Source: Dendrobates tinctorius (lineage: Eukaryota). From it: a stretch of 64,000 bases of DNA. Positions 50,246 through 61,620 of the stretch are shown here, piece after piece. The position numbers and the translations under genes were made by a program. The number at the start of each line of letters is the position of its first letter. Position 1 is the stretch's first letter. Where the stretch lies: NCBI RefSeq assembly GCF_039654945.1, contig NW_027361728.1, positions 48,484,001 through 48,548,000 of the forward strand, in the 5' to 3' direction. The notes under the pieces are model-generated. The model did no database searches. It had not been told where the DNA came from and was given only the letters and a program-made list of their open reading frames with translations.

Positions 50246-51962
50246 CTAGGCTTGCATAGATTTTCATTCCATTTTCCAATTTATTGACAACCTAAAAACA
50301 AGTTATCAATATACAATGTTTAGAATTTATTTACAATAAGTCAGAAAGTCAAAATACAAATGCAAGTCTAGCCGTTCACGAGAAACATCCTTATTTACAT
50401 GGTAATCTAACTGCAATAAGAAGAAAAGTCGTTTGGTGAGACAGAAGGAAACAACATGGTATATTTCAAATGTAAGTATATATTCAGTCCTGTGAAGACT
50501 CTCATGTAATTACCTGGTAACAATTTGCATATAAATTATAGAAATCTACCCTATTCTTTCCAAATGCATGAATTTTTCTGTATGGTTAATGTAAAGTAGA
50601 TAAATTCCAATAATACTACATTCTTGAATGGGCTGAGAGAACAGGGAACCAAAAGGAAAGAGTTTTGTAGAGCTCTCAACAGGTCACATTGTCATCAAAC
50701 TCAATTAGATAATAGGCTGCCTGGTTTTCAAGTGTTAAGAAATTGCATCCCGTAAACTGGCGCTAAACACAAAAACATAGAATAAGGGTTATATTAAAAA
50801 ACTAATTACATTTTTTCTCTCTCCATATTATGTTTCATTTGTAGTAGATATGATTTTAAATGGTGTCTGCTTTTTATCTGCATTGCTTTCAGGACGTCGG
50901 CTAAAGTAACAAAGAAAGAAATTATTTCAGCTTTTGATGAATGGGATGCTTTTGTAATTTGCCTTTACTATGAATCCTAGAAAAAAAAAGTATGTACATT
51001 AGCTGCCACTGTCTATCCAGTGATAACAAAATAAAAAATTGTACAAGTTTTCTTTATACAGAAAAGTACAATCAGCGCAGTTGCTTTTTGCAAGAAACCT
51101 TTAGTCTACTTTTACGGTGTGTTAATTTTGAGGATATACAACCTACAATAATATACACATTATTTTCTTTTTCTATAATGCAGTTTAATGTTTAATTACA
51201 TTTTAATTAGCTGTTTCTAGCCCATTGTTATATAACTGTATGCTGAAGCCTTTTATAAATCACTCATTGGATGAGACATTAAACTTAAAAGGAATCTTCT
51301 AGCATAACTTACTGATGTAGTGATAAACCATATATTATCATAAAACAATATTCATCTTACATATTTAACACTGCACAGAGGCAACAGTAATAATAGTAAA
51401 GAACAAGTTCTAATGAACATTCATTTTATACTTTATTTTAGAATTCTATTTTGGACCGTAATGTTACTTAGAGCTATTAGGCGTTATGGTCTGAACAGAT
51501 AGTAGACATTAGGCTGCTTGTTACTTAGTAAATCTGACGTTGATTACTGATACATCCCTCTTTAAAATTATTTGGCACTAATTTTCTGAGATGATGCCAA
51601 CATGACCTGTAAAGGTCATTACTTTTATGGAAGACTACTTGCTGTTTAGCTTTGAGTGTTCATTAGTGCTGGACAGGTTAGTCGTTCTGCATGCTCCATA
51701 ATCTGTAGACTGTGATGTCTTTTTCATGAAAGGCGAGCATCTTTTCTACTAACTGTATCAATGTCTAATCATTTAATAACACATGTATAAAATCTCTTAC
51801 CTCGTGGCTGCAGTCAAGTTAATGTTTTCATGTTCTAAGGTTCTGTGAGTTGTTCTGCAAGTTACCTTAGGTCTTCTTACAAATTTCCTTCCATTATATT
51901 TAGCATTTAAAGCACTTACAACTTTATTTTGGGCAAAAATAGACATTATACTTTTATGATAA

Positions 51963-52918
51963 TATTAGGCGTCGGGTTCCTGTCGCTGCACAACGGGAAT
52001 CCCGAGCCTTGCTTCCGGCAGTCTCCCATTCCTCTTCAGCTGCAGAGGAGGCTGCTTAGCAGACTCGTCGGTCCCGGCGCTCTGCCCAGACTAGCTCTGT
52101 GGGTTTGGTTGCTGCTGCCACCTCTGGTCCAGCTAGAGCAATGCATGCTGGTCAGCAGTGAGCTATTCCAGGGACTATGTCCTCCATTTGGTCCACTGAG
52201 CATGCCTGTGGGATGATCTCTCATTGGAGATAGGAGGTCACATGCTCAGGTCCTTCTCCAGCTTGGACTGGACCTTCAGGAAGGTCCTGGAAGGACGCCG
52301 CTATTAAAGGCTCGCATGGTCACTCTGCCATGCGCTAGTATAGACTGCATTACCAGACTATGAGGAGTTTTTGTTGTATGCATGTATGAATGTCTCTGGT
52401 GAATGACTCATTAAGAAACCCCTACCCTTGGTACACATGTGTTGTGCAGCCTAGCCTGCTAAGCACCCAGGCTTAGGTGTAGGTAGAGGCAGAGTCTGAG
52501 ACTGGCATCAGTGTCCACCGGTGGCTCTGCACGCCACGATGCACGTGCTCGACAAGCCACCATAGTCAGCACCTATAGTGGCGTCCGCAGGTGCGACGCC
52601 ACACGCTCAGAAGGTCTAGAGGGTCTCTGACCCATGTCCTTGGGGCAGAGTTCTGTGACCACATTCTGTGCCCTCCATTGCCGAGCTCTGTGAGCTAAAC
52701 AGGCTCCGGCATTTATGTTCTGCGGTAGTGCGGCTCTGTGAGGAAGCAGAGTTCGCCCTGTACACACTGGGTGACATTAACCCGTGTTTGTTCTTCCTTT
52801 ATACCACCATATAGCATCCGTCATTACCTAGCAGCAGCATACCACCTCTGCAAGATGGACCCCGGGTTGCGATCGCACTTTCTCATATTTTATGTTTAGT
52901 GCGATCAGCAACCTAGCA
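51963..52918 (+). mobile_element. Solo LTR with 4-bp TSD ATAA
   Basis: ATAA|TATTAGG...CCTAGCA|ATAA (decayed TGTTAGG/CCTAACA); GC-richer island in AT-rich flanks. Confidence 0.65.
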
Positions 52919-54061
52919 ATAATGGGATTGGGGTACGTCCATTTCCATCAGAAGAAAATACCACCAAATTAAAATAACAACTAAATATATACAGTTTATA
53001 ATGCATGTGGTGTGTTGTCATAGTGGTTACTGACTTTATCCACATTTATATAAAACTATTAGGGTTAAAATCCAAACGAGAGACAGCTGGCAAGATGGTA
53101 AGGAAATTATACCACAGTGACACAATGGTTGAATGACAAACTGTGGTTTCAATTAAAGAGTCAATTTTGCCAAACACATTATCCACCCTTAACCACACTT
53201 CATGACATATTACTAACCCTCATGCCAGGTAAACAATATTCTATACTTCACACCATTCTCAGGCATCTTCCTCCCATGATGAGATAATATTTTCCTTCAG
53301 TCCTGCGCTGTACTCTGATGTTTTTTACTTCAGTGAGCTGAGGGTTGCAAGTGGAGAGATGTTCTGTCACAACCATAGACAGCAGTGAGATGGATTTCAC
53401 TAAATCATCTGGCATTTTGTTGTAGATGTTTCTCACTCAGGCTGCATACCCTCAGATGACACAGGAACCCCAGATGCAGTGCATTATCAAGGAGCGTTTC
53501 ATCCATTTCATAAAAATAAGGTAAACTTTATGCACTGATGAAACACATATACAGTAGGTTAGCATGTACAAAGCTTCATTTTCACATCATCTTCTGTTTT
53601 ACACAGAGGCACAGACATATTTGGTTCATGTGGCAGTACATCACTTATAAATAGCATTTCAGCAAAACAACATGTGCGACTTGAATGCTCCATTCTATCC
53701 ATCTGTTCTTTACTGACCACACTCCACTTATGTGCCATACCTGTTCTCCATCCTGTCAACTCTAGTATCCATTCAATAAGATTCTCAGGTAAGGTATACA
53801 CGTTGCCTCTGAAGTCCTACTTCACCTGTGCTATCTCAGAGCTACCCAAAACCCACAGTTATCACTCCTTTGGCTCTCTGCTTTACCACACATATGAAAG
53901 GTAGACTCACCAAACCCTGACTAATGCACTAGCAGGATGCAGCAGACCTCCATTGATAAAGGCTGGGGCAACACAGGTGCATTCCACTGATGAAAACAAC
54001 CAGCTACCCACCCAAACAATGGAGGGGCTGGCTGACTAGTGGGAAAAATGCACAAAGATAA

Positions 54062-54366
54062 GGGTGGTTTCACATTAGCGTTTCAGGCCGTGTGCAGGTA
54101 TACGTTTGGCGGCGCATGCGTTCTTTTGACTGTGCGCCGAGCGCACCAAATTGCAACAGGTTGCGTTTGGCGCACACTTACCCACGGCCAAATGCATACC
54201 TGCTCACGGCCTGTGTCCCCAGTACTAAAGATAGGGGACGCAGGTCACATGCAGTGTCACGCGCCCCTAGGCGGAGCTACCAGAGGAGGCACGGCAAGGG
54301 GCGGGACTTAGCGGTAGCCATGCACAGGCCGACTCTGCGGCCTGAAACGCTAATGTGAAACCACCC
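54062..54366. mobile_element. PIF/Harbinger-type MITE
   Basis: TAA|GGGTGGTTTCACATTAGCGTTTCAGGCCG...CGGCCTGAAACGCTAATGTGAAACCACCC|TAA (perfect 29-bp TIR, 3-bp TSD). Confidence 0.92.
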
Positions 54367-55113
54367 TAAGGCTTGCATAGGACATCAGTCACACAGCTAA
54401 GTCTACTGATCATGCCCATAGTATTAGCAGGTGGGCTGCTCAGTACTATATACATGCAACACACAGAAAAAACCAAGCCAACATAAAGAGGCCTAGCTAC
54501 ATCCTGCAAAAATGATAAAAAGTGCAAAAAAGATAAAAAGATATGGGGTATTAGTTACTATTTTGGCAATAGCAGATAAGCTCACAACCCAAACATCAAG
54601 GGTCCCCAGATTTTGAGAGTCCCTAACACTAAATCTGAACAGAGAACATAGGAAAAAATGAAAAAAAAAACACATATGAAAGGCAGCCTCACCAAACCCT
54701 GACTAATGCACTAGCAGGATGCAGAAGACCTCACAAGGCATGCTACCTCAGAAAATCTTTCTTCCACTCACACACAGTATGTGCCCTAGTCTACCACACT
54801 CCCTGTGCTAATTTCACAGTTACTAAATACTAACTCACTGTAACCAGGAACAACTATATTCTTACTCCAAAAAAACCATCCCATCTACAGGGCTACTAAC
54901 TGTTTACTCTTCTGTGCCTTGGATCTATGCTGCTACTTTGAATTTCCAAACATGAGTGCATAAAGGAGCATTTATCACACATTGAACAATTGCATCAAAT
55001 ATCAACTTAGCAAAAAAATGCAGCAATATAACACATATCAGTTCTATAAGGTTTTCAGAAGTGTGCTTCCACTCTTTTTACACTCCTGCACAGTAAATCA
55101 GAATACTTCTTAA

Positions 55114-55508
55114 GGGGCCTTTACACATAGCGATATCGCTAAAGCGTCACCGATTTTGTGACGCAGCAGCGTTATCGCTAGCGATATCGCTATGTGTGAT
55201 ACTTACCTCCGACCGGCTCCCTCGCTGTCTGTCGCTGATCGCGCGAGATTGTGCAACTCCATTTCTCATCGGGCGCTTCCTGCTGGACTTCCTGCTGGCG
55301 CCGACGAGCGAGACGTAGACACGGGCTGGAGGACGTCAGGATCGCCGTGTCTGAAAGGTAAGTATCGTCCGCTAGATTGCTGCTATGTCGCTGTGAGATC
55401 TGCCTATGTGGCAGCTCACTAGCGACCATTTAGCGATGCACCAGCGATCCTGACCGGGTCGTATTGTTGTCGGGATCGCTGGTGCATCGCTTAAATGTAA
55501 AGGGGCCT
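55114..55508. mobile_element. TTAA/TWA-flanked MITE
   Basis: TTAA GGGGCCTTTACAC...ATGTAAAGGGGCCT TTAA; internal AGCGATATCGCT palindromes shared with 16741-16930. Confidence 0.75.
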
Positions 55509-57141
55509 TTAATCTGGAGAGAAAGATAAAGGAGACAGCAGAGATGGGGAGAGAAAGAGAGCAAGCAAAAGATAAAGGAGAGAGACAAAATACAGGATAG
55601 AGAGAGACCAAGGAGAGAGAGGGATCAAACTTTTTTACTGCAATGTTTTTAACACTAAAGTCTTTTTCTGTCGCTATGTGAAATGAGTTGTGCGCTTTTA
55701 CTGCTATCCCTACTCTATAGAAACATACAGTAAATTAGCGCTGCTTAGTTGGTCACCATCTTTTATCCTGACTGTCTTAGTCCCCCTGATTTTTTTATGT
55801 GAGATCATGTGATGTGATAGCTACCAGGCAAGGGGAAGCCCGCACAACTGCACCTGGCATCAGTAACCCGCGCTGTGACTTTTCAGCAATGTTTGAAATG
55901 GCATTGAACATTTTATACTTCTGGATCATCTGAGCAAATTGCAATCTGTTTGAAATTTCAGGAAATTCAACTTCTTCAAGGTTTTCTAAAAGGCATCACG
56001 CTTTCAAATACACATTCTGGCAACTGTGAAAGGAGATTATCATAACATTTTTCCTATTATCCCAGCGCTGTCAATGTCTCAATATACTGTATATCAATGT
56101 AAAAAAATATATGTGTTGAAACTACTGTATACTCAATTTAGGTGTATTCAAGGTTTCAATTATTTTGTTTTTTGAATCAATAAAAAAATTTATAACAAAT
56201 ATTAAAATTGTGACAGTAAACAAGAAAATTATAAAAAAAAGTAAATGGAATTATAAAAATGTCACACCTGCTTGATATAATGTTTTTTTTCTAATTAAAT
56301 TTAAAAAAATAATTCCACACACAAATAAAAACATTGCTTAACTTTCTGATTTGCCGAAGAAGCTCCACCACATATGCTCACAGTATATCCCAAAACTGCA
56401 GAATGCCAAGACCTACCCAGGAGCGCTCAAATATGGACTTAGGTAACCAATCTGGTAGTACATTTTATGATATTTCAGCTGAAGAATCTCTTTGAAGGGA
56501 CCCAAGGATAAAGGATAAAGACAAACTGGAGCTTAGAAGTTAAGGAGGGATAAACATGAACTTTTTACTTTGTAGATAAATCGGAGTAAAACATCAAGAA
56601 CCATAGTAATCTGCAGCATGGGAAAGGAGAGCTGTTAAATTTCCCATTTGCTGTTTTTCACGTCATATATTTGAAGCATTCACAGATTCTGCATGCTTCC
56701 CGCAATCCATTTTGAGATGCTTTCTTGGTTCTTTACAGATAGGTATTCTGTGTAGCTCATTTCTGGAAGCTGATTTTTATTTTACTTTTTTTCTTATGAT
56801 TGAGTGTGTTCAGTTCAGTTATTCGCTATGCACTGGACACATCTAAGCTGCAGGAAAACACATTTCTACTAGAACAGCAGCTCAAATACATTCAAAATAA
56901 TTTGTTAGTACATTGCTAACTAATTATTTATTATATGATTTTCTGGAATCCCTTATAGAGCACATTACGTCCAATGTGTTTACATGAAAGCCTTATCAAT
57001 TTTCAGGGGCATCGTTAATAAAATCCAAGCATTCAGATTTTTAGATTTTTTTCATTACATTACCCAGCTTTTTTTATTTCACTTAATGGAGGTCCACCAC
57101 ATTTCTTAGAATAGTAGATAGGACTTCAACTTTTATTTCTT

Positions 57142-57600
57142 AAAGGCCGGAGACACGCGAGCGTACCAAATCCGATGCTAGAGAATCTGATGTGATGTGC
57201 TAATGACACTAGGCAACTGCTCTGAGGTAAGCATGAGCCAAGTGTCAGTGCTCTGTACTCCGATTCTCTCACATGAAAGGATTGCAGCAAAGCTGTGGAG
57301 GAGACGGAGAAATTATTTTCTCCATCTACTTCATTGCCGGCATACTCAGGAATCTCACTGCACTCGGGTGATATCTGAGGGCAGTGTGTTTCCCCCGCAC
57401 GTGCGATCTGAATTTTGCATGCAGTCAGAGCATGCTGCTTTTTTTTGTCTGATCGCAGTGCGACCGGAGCAGGGCAAAAAAAAAATGCCACTGAGCACAC
57501 AAGCATAGTATTAAATTGGTACGGATGCAATCTCATTTGTAATCGAATTGCATTCATCCGATTAGATCGAAAGGGAACGAAATCCCGAAATGACCTTCAG
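57142..57600. mobile_element. Decayed Harbinger-like MITE
   Basis: AAGGCCGGAGACAC start; CpG-richer body ending in a TGCAATC/ATTGCA palindrome. Confidence 0.45.
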
Positions 57601-58017
57601 TTTTTATCTTTAGCTGCTTAATCTATAATATTTTCTTGTACTGAACCTATCCTTTGGAGCTAAATATATTAAAAGATGTACAGTATTAAATCTTTTTTCT
57701 CTAATGTAGGGTTACGTGTGGAAGTTAACCAATAAAACACAGTTATAACCACATCATATTTAACAATGTGTTTGTCAAAGGACGAAGTTGCAGGAAGTTC
57801 TTAAGATGTCATTGAAACATTGATATGCTTTGCTGCAAAATCTGATTATAATAACGTAAGAGAGCTACATTTTTTTAACATGTTTTCTACAGCAGTTTTG
57901 CAGTTCCAATTTCATATTATCAATATTTACATGCTTTAGCGCTTCAGAGTGCATCTTTAATTTGTTAGTTATGTAGGCTGTCTCTCTTAGCTTTCACCTG
58001 TTCACACACATCTTTTA

Positions 58018-59166
58018 CTCTTGGGAAGTGCTGGTCAATTTGTTTAAAATGGTAGTACACGCTGCTGTGGGTGGTGTTCACACCATGAGGCAGTGACCCA
58101 GTAAAGTTCAATACAAATGTCTTTATTGTCCAAAACTCACAGCTGAAAAGCCAATGGTATCCCCCAGATCGCAGCTGAGGCATCAAAACAGTCTGTATCC
58201 TAGACCGGTTGCTATGGATGACTGCATCACTGTGTCATTCTGAGGGGGTGCCAGGTGTTCGCTTCCCTTGGCTCTGTGTTGACTTCACACACAAGCCAGG
58301 TGTTGCAGAGCCACCTGCTCTGCAGCTTGCAAACCAACACTGACACACACAACCCTTTTTTCTGCAGCATTATAAATGGGATCTATGGAAATGGGCCACT
58401 TGTAAGACGTGGCTGGAGGGAGTGAACCGCACCACTACCATCTTGTAGTTCACTCCAAAACTAAAAGCCCATGCCGGGTTTTCTTAAATCTGCCTTGGCC
58501 AAATAGCTTCACCATGCTTACTTTTATTTCTCTTGGGAAGTGCTGGTCAGTTTGTTTAAATTGTTAGTACACGCTGCAGTGGGCGGTGTTCACACCATGA
58601 GGCAGTGACCCAGTAAAGTTCAACATAAATATCTTTATTGTCCAAAACTCACAACTGAAAAGCCAATGGTATCCTCCAGATCACAGCTGAGGCGTCAAAA
58701 CAGTCTGAATCCTAGACCGGTTGCCATGAAAGACTGCACCACTGTGTCATGCTGAAGGGGTGCCAGGTGTTCACTTTCCTTGGCTCAGAGTTGATTTCAC
58801 ACACAAGCCAGGTGTTGCAGAGCCATCTGCTCTGCAGCTTGCAAACCAACACTGACACACCCAACCCTTTTCTGCAGCATTCTAAATGGGATCTATGGAA
58901 ATGGGCCACTTGTAAGACGTGGATGGAGGGAGTGAACAGTACCACTACCATCCTGTAGTTCACTCCAAAAATAAAAGCTCATGTCGGGTTTTCTTAATTC
59001 TGCCTTGGCCAAATAGCTTGACCATGTCCACACTTACTTTTATTCTGCACTGCAACCATAGCTATGTCAGTGACTGCAATTCACTCCAGCAGCCTCAATT
59101 CACTTCTATGTTCATCCTGGGGGATACATACCATCCCTCACATATATTTCCCCTCACTGCCTCACA
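58018..59166 (-). mobile_element. LTR-like element with a ~512-bp tandem duplication
   Basis: CTCTTGGGAAGTGCTGGTCA at 58018 and 58530; second copy runs TGTTAG...CTCACA; CTTTATTG near the left end. Confidence 0.7.
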
Positions 59167-59179
59167 ACACCTAATGATT

Positions 59180-60973
59180 AAGCTTCCTCTCCAACATCAC
59201 TGAAGGAGAGCTTACTAATATCGTTTCCAAATCACGCCTCACCACCTGTGCACTTGACCCCATCCCTTCACACCTGCTCCCCAACCTCACTAACATGATC
59301 ATTCAAGCCCTAAACCATCTCCTCAATCTATCCCTAACTTCTGGTACCTTCCCCTCTGTCTTCAAACATGCCACCATAACACCCATCCTCAAAAAATCAA
59401 ACCTTGACCCAACTGCTATGCCCATCTATCTCACCATATCACTGCTCCCGTTTGCTTCCAAACTCCTTGAACAGCATGTCCATGCTCAACTTTCCTCCCA
59501 CCTCTCATCTTACTCCCTCCTTGACATCCTGCAATATGGCTTCCACCCCCACCACTCCACTGAAACTGCTCTGACCAAAATTACTAATGACTTTCTCACA
59601 GCCAAAGCTAACACACAGATCTTCCTCCTTCTGTCCTCTGCCTTTGACACAGTTGACCACTGCCTACTGCTACAGATTCTTTCTTCCCTTGGCCTCAAAG
59701 ACCTTGCCCTGTCCTGGATTTCCTCATACCTTTCTGACCGCACATTCAGCGTTTCCCACTCCCACACTACCTCCTCATCCTGCCCCCTCTCTGTTGGAGC
59801 CCCAAGGCTCTGTCCTGGGGCCCCTACTTTTTTCCATCTATACTCTTGGCTTAGGACAACTCATAAAGTCCCATGGCTTCCAGTACCATCTGTATGCAGA
59901 TGACACTCAGATCTACCTCTCTGGCCCAGATTTCACCTCTCTGCTGTCCAGAATCCCCGATTGTCTATCAGCCATATCCTCATTTTTCACCTCTCGCTTC
60001 CTAAAACTCAACGTAGACAAAACTGAACTCATCATCTTTACTCCATCTCACGTATCTTCCCTACCTGATCTATCTATTATGGTAAACGGCATCACGCTCT
60101 CTCCCGCACCTGAAATCCCCTGCCTCTGTGTAACTCTCGACTCTGCCCTGTCTTTCAAACCACACATCCAATCTCTTGCCACCTCCTGTCGCCTCCAACT
60201 CAAAATATTTCCAGAATCCGTCCCTTCCTCAGTTCTCAATCTACTAAAACTCTTGTATATGCCCTCATCATCTCCCGCCTTGACTACTGCAACACTCTCG
60301 TCTGTGGCCTCCCTGCTAACTCTCTTGCACCACTCCAGTCTGTCCTCAATTTCGCTGCCCAACTAATCCACCTCTCTCCTCACTACTTCCCTGACTCCCC
60401 CCTCAGCAAATCCTTCCATTGGCTCCCAATTACCCAACGAATCCAGTTCAAACTACTAACACTGACCTACAAAGCAATCCACAACCTTTCCCCTCCCTAT
60501 ATCTCTGAATTAATCTCCCAATATCTTCCCTCACATAATCTTCGATCCTCCCAAGACCTCCTACTCTCCTCCACACTTATTAGTTCCTCACACAACCGCC
60601 TCCAAGATTTCTCCTGAATATCCCCTATCCTCTGGAATTCCATTCCTCAACACGACCAATTATCCACCACCCTGGGATCCTTCAAACGGAACCTGAAAAC
60701 CCATCTTTTCAGGAAAGCTTACAGCCTGCAATGACCATTCTGCCGCCTCACCACTGCCTGAGCTGCCGCCTCATCACCACCAGAGCTGCACGCCCCCGAC
60801 CTTCTGTCTCTTCCCCACTATCCCGTAGAATGTAAGTCCACAAGGACAGGGTCCCCTCCCCTCTGTTCCAGTCTGTCATTGTAAATTTGTTTACTGTTAT
60901 TGATATCTATAACTTTGTATGTAACCCCCTTTCTCATATACAGCACCATGGAATTAATGGTGCTATATAAATA

Positions 60974-61015
<42 letters not shown>
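59180..61015 (+). mobile_element. 5'-truncated L2 LINE (RT pseudogene, 3' UTR, (AAT)n tail)
   Basis: [68 protein letters not shown]; L2 3' end TAGAATGTAAG..GGTGCTATATAAATAAAT(AAT)n. Confidence 0.93.
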
Positions 61016-61620
61016 TAAGCACTGTTCCTATCAGCCTAAGGCAATTTTAAATAGAGCTTAATTCTACTTGCCCATATTATTGTAGGATTTTATCCCAAGA
61101 GAGACATCATGTCAGGTTTAAAGTCTCAATAAAGGGGTATGCCTTGTCACTAGCTATTGGGCTAACACAAATTGACCAATTTGTATTTTAAGTACCTGCA
61201 TTTTTTAACATATTTTCTCAACAGATCAGACTAAGCCTTTCACTGCCAAAATATATCTACGCCGTTTAATAAGAATGTGAAGTGCTTCTAATCAGTGCAG
61301 GAGTAGGAGAAAGAAGATGCAGTGGTCTTCTTGCTCCTCGCTGTAGCAGTAAACCTGTGACAGGCAAAAAGAGCAATTATAAGTACATAATATGATGATT
61401 GCAATATATTAAGAGGATAAAAATGTTGATGGGAGTGCTTTTTTAATCAATATATTAGGAAAATTTTTGAAACTTAAAAAAATAAAAACAGAGCTTAAAA
61501 TGATTTGCTCTTTTTAATAGTTTTTGCTGTGAAACCAATAATGTGTGGTTAAATCCTGAAATAGAGATTCATTACAATGAATTTAAATTTCTTCCTTGCT
61601 CAAATTTTTTGTGATATTTA

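Noticed and set aside
50893-50980. Possible coding exon after TTGCTTTCAG (TSAKVTKKEIISAFDEWDAF)
   Set aside because: Short, weak donor, no recognisable homology and no partner exons; cannot be supported.
53248-53904. Short ORFs and a CAG|GTAAG donor as host exons
   Set aside because: No recognisable domain or consistent exon chain; left unannotated.
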